From positions 1 through 64,000 of the IMG/VR virus record IMGVR_UViG_3300005842_000001: a DNA stretch of 64,000 nt; one strand, 5' to 3'. Both the position numbers and the translations under genes were made by a program. Below the pieces are notes generated by a model, which was not told the origin of the DNA, made no database searches, and worked only from the letters and a program-made list of their open reading frames with translations. This DNA comes from a virus. The first letter of the stretch is position 1; every line of letters begins with the position of its first letter. This document shows positions 9,418 to 18,834 of the stretch, one piece after another.

Positions 9418-9624
9418 ATGGCACGGGTTCGCTTAATCGTTCTGGTCAGCTTCATTCGACTGATTTCAATCATGCTCTCCGCTTCGTTTATCACTGGCGC
9501 TGGCATGCTGTTCTGGTGGCATCCTATCGCTGCTGTCTATGTGGGGTCGTGGCTAATCGGATTTATCGCCCTTGGTGTGATTGCCATCGCTGTTGACAAC
9601 GAAGCCAAGCAGCAAAAGAAATAG
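9418..9624 (+). CDS. small two-TM membrane protein
   Basis: Two hydrophobic helices, basic C-terminus. Confidence 0.55.
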   Translation: MARVRLIVLVSFIRLISIMLSASFITGAGMLFWWHPIAAVYVGSWLIGFIALGVIAIAVDNEAKQQKK

Positions 9625-9627
9625 CTC

Positions 9628-9662
9628 TTGCAAGTTGATCGATTGAAGCATATATCTATTGT
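9628..9662 (+). promoter_or_regulatory. putative phage promoter TTGCAA-N14-GCATATATCTAT
   Basis: Same motif and spacing at 14034; near-identical at 16154. Confidence 0.65.
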
Positions 9663-9909
9663 CATCATCAAGGAATGATTCGATGAAGAAAAAGCCAAGC
9701 GTGATCAAGCCGCCGACGTGGTGCAGCCACCCAACTGACCAGATTCTTGATGAAGACAAGAAGGATCGGGTAATGCGATGCGTTTATTGTGGCGATCCAA
9801 TTATTTCATTCGATCAGTTTGATAAATGGAAAGGATTATTGCCCGGCTTATTTGTCAGTCGTTTTATGTATAGCTTCCACACCGCCATTGCTCGAATTGA
9901 GTTCTGATC

Positions 9910-10197
9910 ATGACTGAAGAAACAATGGTAGCACGTCTCAGAGCGTTCGCAGATCGTCAAGGCATCAAGCTAAAAAGCTGGCATGGTGTCTATAAAGACA
10001 AAGCAGACAAGATCACGAGAATTGAAATAGCTCTTGCTTCTAATCTTGGCGATGCTGCTGCTCAGGCTATCGAATGGCAGACGATCAGACCGCACAGAGT
10101 AAGATTGCTCTCCTGGGTAAAAGGCCGAACTACCGAAGTCGGTGGCGTTTCTCTATGTGAGACATTCGGACACAAGGAACGATCAGATGAAGAATAA
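9910..10197 (+). CDS. hypothetical protein
   Basis: Packed ORF in operon. Confidence 0.5.
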   Translation: MTEETMVARLRAFADRQGIKLKSWHGVYKDKADKITRIEIALASNLGDAAAQAIEWQTIRPHRVRLLSWVKGRTTEVGGVSLCETFGHKERSDEE

Positions 10198-10398
10198 CAT
10201 CCCCAAGAAGATCGTGGCGGCGATCATCAATGAATTGACCGACCGAGTTGGACTCAGGCAGGCGATTGAAGACATTGACCGAGACACCTACGAAGAGCTT
10301 CAAGAAGAACTTGAGCGAATCGTTGACACAATTCTAACCAAAGCACAAAGGAACAAAAAACATGGGCGCAGCAACTAAGATCGAGTGGACAGATATAG

Positions 10399-10797
10399 AT
10401 GCCACCAACTGACAATAAGAAACTTGCTCGATACAAGGTCAACTTGGAAGTCATGACGGGAAGAATGACTAATCCAAATGATCTGAACTGTGTCGATTGT
10501 GGTCACAAGGGAAATGATCGAAGACATGAATATGATCATCACCTTGGCTATGATGTATCTCATCACTTAGACGTTGAGGCAGTATGCACAATTTGTCATC
10601 ACAAGAGAGATTGCCCAAAGGCGAATCAGACTCATTGCATTCATGGACACCTATTCGATTCAGCCAACACGATCATCAAAAGTAACGGCATGAGACAGTG
10701 CCGTGAATGTCGAAAAGCATTTGACAAGAAACGTGGAAGAGATGCTGCCTTCTGGCGAGCATACAGAGCTAAAAGGAGAAGCCGTTATGGGCCGTGA
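10399..10797 (+). CDS. HNH-like homing endonuclease / Zn-binding protein
   Basis: CVDCG..HEYDHH..GY..VEAVCTICHH core plus C-terminal THCIHGH..NT..RQCREC motif seen in phage HNH proteins. Confidence 0.65.
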   Translation: MPPTDNKKLARYKVNLEVMTGRMTNPNDLNCVDCGHKGNDRRHEYDHHLGYDVSHHLDVEAVCTICHHKRDCPKANQTHCIHGHLFDSANTIIKSNGMRQCRECRKAFDKKRGRDAAFWRAYRAKRRSRYGP

Positions 10798-11767
10798 AAC
10801 AGGAATTGAATGGTGCAACCATACCTTTAATTGTTGGATTGGTTGCGAGAAAGTCAGCCCAGCATGTACCAACTGCTATGCCGAGAACTCGACACCGGTT
10901 CGGGTGGCAGCCACCAAGTTCAGTCTGAAGCTCTGGGGCGCTGAGTCAACTGGCGCTGTCAGACGGGTGGCATCTGAAGCGATGTGGAAAGAGCCAGTGA
11001 AATGGAACAAAGAAGCACAGAAGCTCGGAGTCAGGCGTAAAGTGTTCTGTGCTTCGCTGGCAGACGTGTTTGAAGACTACAATGGTCCGATAACAACGCA
11101 TGAAGGAGTTCAGTTGTTCAAATTGGCCGATGGATCGATTGGGCCTCTTCCCGATGACGTAACGGTCTACAGTGACACGATCAAGCCGTTGACACTGACT
11201 GACATCAGACAACGCCTTTTTTCTCTAATCGATTCAACCCCTCACCTTGACTGGCTCTTGCTTACGAAGCGCCCAGAGAACGTACAGAAGCTCTGGCCGT
11301 TTGGTTGGTACTCTGATGAGTTCAGTTGGTCGAACGTCTGGATGGGAATCACTGTCGAGAATCAAAAGTATCTGGACGAACGCTTGCCCCATTTGCTCAG
11401 CATTCCTGCTGTCGTGAGATGGCTCAGTATCGAGCCAATGCTTGGGCCGATGCGATTGCCTTTCGGCAAGGTCTGGTGTCGTGCATGCAATCGCTATGAA
11501 GAGAAGTTGTGTATGGATCATGGTTCGCCTTGCTTCATTGGTCAGGCTTCAGCTACTGACCTGATTGATTGGGCCATTGTCGGCGGTGAAAGCGGTGATC
11601 ATCGTAGGTCAATGAACCTCGACGATGCGCGCAGTCTTAGAGAACAATGCAAAGCAGCAGGCATTGCTTACTTTTTCAAACAAGTTGATAAGGTGATTGC
11701 TGTCCCGTCTGATCTTGAAATCAGGCAGTTTCCAAAAAGTGTTTACGTCGATTCCTTGGTGCATTGA
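10787..11767 (+). CDS. phage Gp37/Gp68 family protein (DUF5131)
   Basis: TGIEWCNHTFN.WIGCEKVSPAC.NCYAE, VFCASLADVFE, WLLLTKRPEN, SIEPMLG, VGGESG, FFKQ motifs. Confidence 0.9.
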   Translation: MGRETGIEWCNHTFNCWIGCEKVSPACTNCYAENSTPVRVAATKFSLKLWGAESTGAVRRVASEAMWKEPVKWNKEAQKLGVRRKVFCASLADVFEDYNGPITTHEGVQLFKLADGSIGPLPDDVTVYSDTIKPLTLTDIRQRLFSLIDSTPHLDWLLLTKRPENVQKLWPFGWYSDEFSWSNVWMGITVENQKYLDERLPHLLSIPAVVRWLSIEPMLGPMRLPFGKVWCRACNRYEEKLCMDHGSPCFIGQASATDLIDWAIVGGESGDHRRSMNLDDARSLREQCKAAGIAYFFKQVDKVIAVPSDLEIRQFPKSVYVDSLVH

Positions 11768-12221
11768 GACGTGTGACCTTCTCCCAAAGTGCATGACGTT
11801 TTTTCGACAAAGCCGCTGGCACACGGTATGGCGGCTTCTGAGTTTTTTTTATTTTAATCCAGTCACTACGAATCATTCTAATCAGCTTCAGCGCCATGAC
11901 CGCTTGCTTTCCCTTGTATCTAAGATACGGCATTATAGCCACTAATGCCTTTTCGGCATTCTTCCCATCAGCGTACCACGTCTCTGTTTTCTTGTGGTTC
12001 TTATTCTTCGGAGTGTAACTATATATACTCCCGCCAAAATGCTTTTTCAGAAGATCATGAACTTTCCTGCCAGACGTTCCAATGAACCCCATTTTGGCGA
12101 TGTAATAGATCGGATGGCTACCGTACCGTTTGCCGACAGTCCTCTTGAGTCTGCCAATTGTGATGAATCCATCGGCGTCGATTGCGCCAGCAAAATAAGC
12201 ATAGACAAGTTTGTTGTTCAT
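11721..12221 (-). CDS. free-standing single-motif LAGLIDADG homing endonuclease
   Basis: YAYFAGAIDADGFITI motif; ..FGGSI.. and IMPYLRYK..QA pattern; strongly basic. Confidence 0.8.
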   Translation of the reverse strand: MNNKLVYAYFAGAIDADGFITIGRLKRTVGKRYGSHPIYYIAKMGFIGTSGRKVHDLLKKHFGGSIYSYTPKNKNHKKTETWYADGKNAEKALVAIMPYLRYKGKQAVMALKLIRMIRSDWIKIKKTQKPPYRVPAALSKKRHALWEKVTRLNAPRNRRKHFLETA

Positions 12222-12266
12222 CGATACAGTCTATTAGTGGGGTGAGTAGAAACAAGGAGCAGTCTC

Positions 12267-12791
12267 GTGTCTTCGATTATTCTGCGGGAAGTGCCTAAAG
12301 CCATTGCTGTTGATGAAACGAAAAGCAGGGCGACATTTTCACCGTGTCGCCTTTATCGTTATGAACTCTTCAGGCAGTGGGGCGGTAACTCACTGAACGC
12401 TGTCATGTTTATCGGATTAAACCCATCGACTGCTGATGAAGTCAACAACGATCCAACTGTCAGGCGTTGCATGCGGTTCGCCTACGCTTGGGGCTTCGAT
12501 GCAATGTACATGATGAACGCCTACGCATTCAGAAGCACTGATCCAAAAGGTCTGAATCGTGCTGATGATCCAGTTGGGCCACGCAATGACCGATGGCTGA
12601 CTGATGCTCAGAGCTATTGCCATCTGGCGGTAGCATGTTGGGGCAATCATATCTGCGCTGATCGACATAAGCGGGTCATGCAGTTGTTCAGCTACTACAC
12701 GCTTCAATGCCTGGGCGTCAATGCGAACGGAACGCCAAAGCATCCACTCTACATCGCTCACAAAACACCACTCATCGATTTCAAGGGATGA
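12267..12791 (+). CDS. DUF1643 family protein
   Basis: FSPCRLYRY.L.R.W...MFIGLNPSTAD..NDPTVRRC...CWG...PKHPLY. Confidence 0.85.
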   Translation: MSSIILREVPKAIAVDETKSRATFSPCRLYRYELFRQWGGNSLNAVMFIGLNPSTADEVNNDPTVRRCMRFAYAWGFDAMYMMNAYAFRSTDPKGLNRADDPVGPRNDRWLTDAQSYCHLAVACWGNHICADRHKRVMQLFSYYTLQCLGVNANGTPKHPLYIAHKTPLIDFKG

Positions 12792-13153
12792 TCATGAAAC
12801 CTGTTGCAACTGACACTCAGAAGCCAAAGATACCAGCGCCCCAGAGAGAGAAGATCAAGCCTAAACAGCCCTGGCAACATCGAGAGCAGTTGCTCGACTC
12901 TCTGCTGGTGTTCATGGCCGAATTGAAACCATTCTGGGATGTATGCTTTCAGATGGGCGTTGGCGGCATCATAGTCAGGGTTAGAAAGGTCGATACTGTC
13001 AACTCAGCAGTAAAGGTCAATGATCGATCTTGCATCATCCAGAAGCACGAGCTAGAGACACTGAGCAAGCTCTCGCCAGATGCCTATCGTGAGTTTGAAA
13101 TAAAGCTCATTCAAAACCTCAGAACGCTTGTCAGAGAGATTGAACTACAATAG
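12788..13153 (+). CDS. hypothetical protein
   Basis: ATGA coupling with the DUF1643 gene. Confidence 0.5.
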   Translation: MIMKPVATDTQKPKIPAPQREKIKPKQPWQHREQLLDSLLVFMAELKPFWDVCFQMGVGGIIVRVRKVDTVNSAVKVNDRSCIIQKHELETLSKLSPDAYREFEIKLIQNLRTLVREIELQ

Positions 13154-13231
13154 ATATATACTTGCTGTCGTGGTCGTTCGGGTATGAGTGTGGTTACCCA
13201 TCCGATGATCACGACAGCAATTGGAGAAAAT

Positions 13232-13528
13232 ATGAGCAAGTATAATCGTCTGATCGGCACCGCAAAGAACACAACCGGCCACAAGGTTTCTGTTGACGTG
13301 TATGACGTGCTGGTGGCGTTCGCTGTTACTTGCCCTGCTCGACAGCATGCGATCAAAAAGCTACTCTGCGCTGGCATGCGTGGAGGCAAGTCAGAACTAC
13401 AAGACCTTCAGGAAGCTGGGCAATCGGTAGCACGAGCTATCGAACTGGTTGAGTCTTATTCAACGTGCAAACGAGACGAATTAAGTTCGCCTATCAGTAT
13501 GTCAGAGAATCGAGAGAACCCTTTATAG
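13232..13528 (+). CDS. conserved phage protein (DUF3310-like)
   Basis: DVYDVL.AF.VTCPARQHAIKKLLCAG.RG.K...QDLQEA motif; GGAG RBS. Confidence 0.6.
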   Translation: MSKYNRLIGTAKNTTGHKVSVDVYDVLVAFAVTCPARQHAIKKLLCAGMRGGKSELQDLQEAGQSVARAIELVESYSTCKRDELSSPISMSENRENPL

Positions 13529-13542
13529 GAATGGGGTGGACG

Positions 13543-13932
13543 ATGCCGATAGCACTTGAGCAGCCGCCATACCGCAAGCGGAGATTCTACAAAGAGCATC
13601 GGGTAAAAATCTGGAAACGAGCCGGATCATTCGCTGTCAATCCGAGAGGCATTCTCACTCATCGTGTGAAGCACGTTGTTACCTATCTTGACGCCAATGG
13701 AGAAAATCGGCATCATCATGTCGATTACTGGTGTGGAAACGGCTGTTGCTTTGATGTTGGCTTTGAAAAAGAAGTGCTGACAGATAGCCCGCCAATAGAT
13801 CGCATGCTTTGCCATTTCTGTGAGAACAACGCGCAAGCGAAGGATCAACCGAATGCAGGCAAGTTGGCAGGGAGACACATTCACCGAGGCGTCTTGAAAG
13901 CTCACCAGGTTTGTTGCGGGGGCTGTAAATGA
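13543..13932 (+). CDS. hypothetical Cys/His-rich protein
   Basis: WCGN, CHFC and terminal CC..C. Confidence 0.5.
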   Translation: MPIALEQPPYRKRRFYKEHRVKIWKRAGSFAVNPRGILTHRVKHVVTYLDANGENRHHHVDYWCGNGCCFDVGFEKEVLTDSPPIDRMLCHFCENNAQAKDQPNAGKLAGRHIHRGVLKAHQVCCGGCK

Positions 13933-14033
13933 CGATTCTAGAAACAGGCATGTTGGCATTCGTGTTAGTTGTTTCAGTTGCTCTGCTGATTCTGACAGTG
14001 CTGGCATTGTGGCTGAAAAGAAAATGATTGCTA

Positions 14034-14068
14034 TTGCAAATGCTCCCTAGCAAGCATATATCTATATG
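14034..14068 (+). promoter_or_regulatory. putative phage promoter TTGCAA-N14-GCATATATCTAT
   Basis: Recurrent motif directly upstream of the exonuclease gene. Confidence 0.65.
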
Positions 14069-14090
14069 CTACGCTAGGGAGTTCTCTTTC

Positions 14091-14864
14091 ATGGCTCAAG
14101 TGGTGGTGTTAGATGCTGAAACAACAGGCATTGATCCGGTGTATGATCGTCTTGTGTCTCTGGGGCTGTGCTTTCTCGACTGCCCTTTGGCTGGCGAGCA
14201 ATCGCTATGGCCAGAAGAGTATCGATTCAATCCTGAAAAGGTCATGCCGCCTGAAGTGATCGCCATTCATGGCATCACGAACGAAGAGGCGACGACATAT
14301 CCCAAGTTCGCTGAGCATGCTCAAGAGCTTTATGCTCGACTGATCAAAGTTGACGCTATCGCTGGCTTCAATCTCTTTGGACTCGACCTGCCTATTCTGT
14401 GGTCAGAGTTCAACAGGTGCGGGCTTGACTGGAACGCTCTCAGTTTCGTTGTCATTGATGCTGGCACGTTGTTCAAGAAGAGAGAGCCTCGAACCTTAAA
14501 AGCGGCTGTCGAGTTCTACCGCAACGATCCAGAATGGCAAGGCCATTCAGCGGGCGAAGATGCCAGCGCAACTGCCAACGTCTTAATCAGTCAGCTAGAG
14601 AGGTACGGTCTGCTTAGCTCTGATCTTGAGAAGATCAGCGAAGAGAGCCTGTACCATCGGCCAGTAGATATGGGCGGCAAGCTGAAGCGGCGGGAAGATG
14701 GCATGATCTGCTACGCATTCGGACAGCAGAAAGATGTACCAGTGATCGACAACCCTGGCTATGCTCGTTGGATGATCGATAAAGACTTCCACCCGCATAC
14801 CAAGAAAGTGCTTCTGTCACTCATTGAGCCTGAAGAGTTCTCAGGCCGGGAAGGTGAGTTCTAA
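14091..14864 (+). CDS. DEDDh 3'-5' exonuclease (DnaQ/Pol III epsilon-like)
   Basis: VLDAETTG (ExoI), GFN...DL (ExoII), HSA..DA (ExoII-III), IHGITNE; C-terminal FGQ..PGYARW domain. Confidence 0.85.
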   Translation: MAQVVVLDAETTGIDPVYDRLVSLGLCFLDCPLAGEQSLWPEEYRFNPEKVMPPEVIAIHGITNEEATTYPKFAEHAQELYARLIKVDAIAGFNLFGLDLPILWSEFNRCGLDWNALSFVVIDAGTLFKKREPRTLKAAVEFYRNDPEWQGHSAGEDASATANVLISQLERYGLLSSDLEKISEESLYHRPVDMGGKLKRREDGMICYAFGQQKDVPVIDNPGYARWMIDKDFHPHTKKVLLSLIEPEEFSGREGEF

Positions 14865-15232
14865 TGAAGTGGGATAACAGCAACACGCTCTGGCTTCACT
14901 TCCCGAAAACTGGCCCGGTTGTCATTGATCATGACTTGTATATGGTCTGTCTCGTCAAACGCTCAATCACAGTCGAGATGGACTATATGCAGTTCATGAA
15001 AATCAGATCACAGTGCCATTCTCTTGTGTACGTCTGGAACAAAGAGATTGATGGCACATATTTCCGTGTCAAGGACTATCGGTCTAGCTCGTGGCTTCGT
15101 CCCATTGTCATTATCGAATTGGAACCTGACAGATCGCCGGTGGAAGAGTATTTGTTGAATCGGGCCATGTTGCGTGATGCAACGTGGTACATACCAGACC
15201 CCAGGATTTTCATCAGAAACATCACGGAGTAA
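14864..15232 (+). CDS. hypothetical protein
   Basis: TAATG coupling. Confidence 0.55.
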   Translation: MKWDNSNTLWLHFPKTGPVVIDHDLYMVCLVKRSITVEMDYMQFMKIRSQCHSLVYVWNKEIDGTYFRVKDYRSSSWLRPIVIIELEPDRSPVEEYLLNRAMLRDATWYIPDPRIFIRNITE

Positions 15233-15236
15233 GCAG

Positions 15237-15920
15237 ATGCGTGGAATCATGTTCAGCGACGAAATGGCGTTGGCGATCAAGACAGGAGAGAAGACTCAGA
15301 CTAGGCGGCTGACTGGCCTTGATGCTCTCAACAAAACTACGAATACTCGCAACGCCATCAGATCGTCAAGCCTGTTCTATGATCGATGGGAGTTCTACAA
15401 GTTTGCCACCGATTCGATCATCAGCATGAAATGCCCGTATGGTCTGGAAGGCGACACGCTATATGTCAAGCAGCGCTGGCGAACTTATCAGCCGCCTGAT
15501 CGTCCAGGTGGTATTCTCTTTGCTAACAACTCATTCGTGAAAACGCCCGACAACGTAATTGATCAAGCTCATTGGCTCAAGTTGCACCAAAAAAGAAATG
15601 GCGACAACTTCAGGCCAGCAATGTTCATGCCTTCGCATTGGGCGCTACAGCATGTCAGGCTTGACAAGATCGAAGTGAAACGACTTCAATCTATTAGCTG
15701 GGGTGATGCCGCTGCTGAAGGCGTGACAGCATGGGGTGAAAGATCATGCCCAGGTTGTGTAGGCAATCAATGCCCGAAGTATGTGACAGAATGCCCGATC
15801 TTTGTTCGGGGCTACATCGAAGAGTACCGCAAGCTCTGGAACAAAATCAATGGAGCGAAGATGCCTTGGGAATTGAACCCTTGGGTGTGGAAGCTCACTT
15901 TCACGAGGATGAAGCCATGA
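15237..15920 (+). CDS. ASCH/PUA-like conserved phage protein
   Basis: IMFS.EMALAI..G.KTQTRR..CPYG..GD.LYV..RP.MFMP..RLQ.IS..DA.AEG..W..NPWVW. Confidence 0.75.
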   Translation: MRGIMFSDEMALAIKTGEKTQTRRLTGLDALNKTTNTRNAIRSSSLFYDRWEFYKFATDSIISMKCPYGLEGDTLYVKQRWRTYQPPDRPGGILFANNSFVKTPDNVIDQAHWLKLHQKRNGDNFRPAMFMPSHWALQHVRLDKIEVKRLQSISWGDAAAEGVTAWGERSCPGCVGNQCPKYVTECPIFVRGYIEEYRKLWNKINGAKMPWELNPWVWKLTFTRMKP

Positions 15921-16153
15921 TCATGTTCAGAGTTCAGAAGTGCTATCAACCATTCATCAACGGCAAGCACCACGACAGATTCACCAACGTGTTGAGAGCA
16001 GCACAGCGCTACACTCTCACGACAGGAAAACCTTGCATCTTCAAAGCTCATCAGCTTTACGTTGTAATCAGACGGAACAAACTTCAGAAGCACGAGCTAA
16101 GGCACTCACTCACAGCATTCGGCATGGGGCTTGTTTGGCCCTGGCAAGCTCAT

Positions 16154-16187
16154 TTGCAATTCAATTAGAATTGCATATATCTATTGT
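16154..16187 (+). promoter_or_regulatory. putative phage promoter TTGCAA-N13-GCATATATCTAT
   Basis: Third copy of the motif, upstream of the 16207 gene. Confidence 0.6.
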
Positions 16188-16206
16188 CACCTAACAGGAG
16201 AGCAGT

Positions 16207-17436
16207 ATGAGCAGCGAAGTCAAAGGCGTATATCTGGGCGATTCATCCGGTAAACGTGTTGGCATCATCACGAGAGAGTATAAGGATGAGAATGGCAGGG
16301 ATCGTATTGATATTCAGATTGACAAAGAAGCGTATGAATACATCCAGCAAGTTTTGAATCATCCAGTGGTATCATTCAAAGCGAAAAAAAGAGACAATAT
16401 CACACTTGAGCCAGTGACGTTGCTTGGCGATCAGGTGCCTACGGTCGATTGGGACAGACCAGCAAAGTCAACACCGCTTGCAGACATTCAGAAGGCTGTC
16501 AAGGATTCAGAGTTATACACCAGACCTGTCGAGCAATCATTTGAAACGATTACAGAACAGGACTTGGAAGAGATTGCCACCAACACGAATAATTACTTTG
16601 ACAAAAACAAAGAGGGATTGCTATTAGCCCTGAAGGAAGAACTACTAGAAGCTCACAGAGAGCGTGGCGAGAGCTTCATTCACCTTTACCCGTTGGTTGA
16701 GTCAGCGATTCATCGTGAGCGCTACAGTAAGTTCCAGAAGCTCGTCGAAGGCCAATCGTTTGAAGCAACAGTCCAGACAGCGATGCAAGCATGGAACGAA
16801 GCGCTGATCGAGCTAGAGAAGGCTGGCGACATGCTGGCGAAAGAGCCGAAGCTCAAGAAGTTCAGCTACACCGATGAGGATGGTACTGAGATAGAAATTG
16901 CGCATTGGGGCGTTCGTCATATTGCGGCCTCTGTGATCGACACTTTAAGTGATGCCAAAAACTATGTCACCGTTGAATTGCCATTTATTGACGGCTCTGG
17001 ATATATAGATGTTGTTGTTCAGCGACGAGGACATGAAACACCTGTAGAGCATCTCTACCATGCCCGCAGACTTATTGAAACAATTGTCAAGCTCTGCAAC
17101 GATGGCAAGAGAGTTAGCTTCTCTGAAGACACAGGCGGCAATACTCTCACCGTCTCAATAAACGCTCGGCATTCGCATGTCGGTACTCACGAGTGTACTA
17201 CTCAAGAATTGCTTGATCAACTGCATGGGCTGCTGGTAGAAGGTCGTGGGCTATCGTGGCATGATGAGACTGAAGAATATAAAGATTCAGGCCAGATGGC
17301 CTTGGCACTCAAGAATAGAATCGAGTCAGGCGATGAAATCACAGACGAGATGAGAAGGCAGATCGGCATTATGTTGATCTGCTACGAAGGCTTGATCTGT
17401 CAGCAGTTCTTACCGGAGAATCGAGACAATGTTTAA
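16207..17436 (+). CDS. hypothetical protein (409 aa, probably mosaic)
   Basis: Long ORF with AGGAG RBS; no recognised motif. Confidence 0.7.
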   Translation: MSSEVKGVYLGDSSGKRVGIITREYKDENGRDRIDIQIDKEAYEYIQQVLNHPVVSFKAKKRDNITLEPVTLLGDQVPTVDWDRPAKSTPLADIQKAVKDSELYTRPVEQSFETITEQDLEEIATNTNNYFDKNKEGLLLALKEELLEAHRERGESFIHLYPLVESAIHRERYSKFQKLVEGQSFEATVQTAMQAWNEALIELEKAGDMLAKEPKLKKFSYTDEDGTEIEIAHWGVRHIAASVIDTLSDAKNYVTVELPFIDGSGYIDVVVQRRGHETPVEHLYHARRLIETIVKLCNDGKRVSFSEDTGGNTLTVSINARHSHVGTHECTTQELLDQLHGLLVEGRGLSWHDETEEYKDSGQMALALKNRIESGDEITDEMRRQIGIMLICYEGLICQQFLPENRDNV

Positions 17437-17725
17437 GATCAGTGGTGGTACTAGCGCAGGCAAGACAATGACACCTATGGAATGGGAGACATTCATGAAC
17501 CGACACCAGAGAATCCTACTTGATTGCGGTGTCCAGCACTCAGTAACTGTCAAGCAGCGTGTTGACACTTTCAAGAAGACTGGCCGACTGCCAATCCTCA
17601 ATCGCTACACAGAGCCGGGCAGGAACGACCCATGCCCTTGCGAGAGTGGCAAAAAATATAAGCATTGCTGCATTGACAAGAATCGCCGCAACGTGGGAGT
17701 AGCCAACTTCATCGCTAACCAGTAA
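17429..17725 (+). CDS. SEC-C motif protein
   Basis: [19 protein letters not shown]. Confidence 0.85.
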   Translation: MFKISGGTSAGKTMTPMEWETFMNRHQRILLDCGVQHSVTVKQRVDTFKKTGRLPILNRYTEPGRNDPCPCESGKKYKHCCIDKNRRNVGVANFIANQ

Positions 17726-17782
17726 GGACGATCAATGTACTTTTCGACACGCTTCACAGCAGAGCATCGACAGGCGATCAGT

Positions 17783-17816
17783 AGCACAGCGCATCGCCGC
17801 TGTGCTTTTTTATTTT
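17783..17816 (+). terminator. Rho-independent terminator ending the early region
   Basis: AGCACAGCG-loop-CGCTGTGCT followed by a T tract. Confidence 0.8.
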
Positions 17817-17879
17817 CGCTCATCTTCCAATCGGGCATGAAAGTTAGTACATTGTTGAACAACAAGGGGAGCCAGAAGC

Positions 17880-18305
17880 ATGGCGGCATCAGCGTGGGCA
17901 TTCACTGACACTGGACGGACAAGTCTACTCAATGGCACATTCGACATTGATTCTGACAGCTTCAAAATGGCTCTATTGCAGTCTACCAGCAATATCGGAG
18001 CATCAAGCACCACTCATGCTGGTGTTACAAACGAAGTGGCAAACGCCAACGGATACACTACTGGCGGCATAGCAGTAACCTTGACGCTGGCCGGTACTAC
18101 CACAGTCACTGTTGACATATCGACTGACCCGGTGTGGACAGCTTCAGGCGGTTCGATCACTGCTCGGTTTGGTGAGATTTACGAAGTTGCTGGCAACGTG
18201 CTTTGCTACAGTACGCTTGACACGACGCCAGCAGATGTGTCAGCAACAACCGGCAACACGTTGACTGTTGCTGCCAATGCCAGCGGTGTCTTTACCTTAG
18301 CTTAA
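17880..18305 (+). CDS. putative virion structural protein
   Basis: D.D.D.FKMAL..S..TNEV.NANGYTTGG...W.ASGG.ITAR..G.F.L pattern of small phage structural proteins; T/A/G rich. Confidence 0.65.
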   Translation: MAASAWAFTDTGRTSLLNGTFDIDSDSFKMALLQSTSNIGASSTTHAGVTNEVANANGYTTGGIAVTLTLAGTTTVTVDISTDPVWTASGGSITARFGEIYEVAGNVLCYSTLDTTPADVSATTGNTLTVAANASGVFTLA

Positions 18306-18306
18306 A

Positions 18307-18819
18307 GTGGGAGTCATCACCGTGAGAGAATCAGTATTGCGAACGCTGCCAGAAATGGCAAAAACAGAATCCGGCCCATTCTGCAAGCTGGCTCTCAGTT
18401 GCATGAAGGTTGACGTTAGAAACTATCCACGTTTTGAAAAGCTAGAAGACGTGATCAAGGCTGCTGGTCACAAGATCGATTACAAAGAGAAAGAAAACAT
18501 CACCATCTGTACCGTCAAGGGCAAGGGTGGTCACATTCGATCTGATGACAACGGCAATGAAGTCTTTCACGAAAATCCTGAAGCGCTATTGGCTCACGGC
18601 GTTGACGTTGACAAAGATGAAGCATTGCTACAGGCTCTCTTGGGCGCTATGCGTGAAGAGATAGCACGAGCAGAGGTAGCCAAGGCTCTCGCTGACAAAG
18701 GGCATAAGGTCAATCAGGAACTCAGGCAAGAGCTAGAGAGTCGATTTATTCAGAAGGGTGGACACGAGAGACTGAAAGCAGACATGGAAACTCTTGACGC
18801 TGCCAAGCCGGTCAGTTAA
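18307..18819 (+). CDS. hypothetical protein
   Basis: Packed ORF in late operon. Confidence 0.6.
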   Translation: MGVITVRESVLRTLPEMAKTESGPFCKLALSCMKVDVRNYPRFEKLEDVIKAAGHKIDYKEKENITICTVKGKGGHIRSDDNGNEVFHENPEALLAHGVDVDKDEALLQALLGAMREEIARAEVAKALADKGHKVNQELRQELESRFIQKGGHERLKADMETLDAAKPVS

Positions 18820-18834
18820 ACCAGCGGGGGCATC

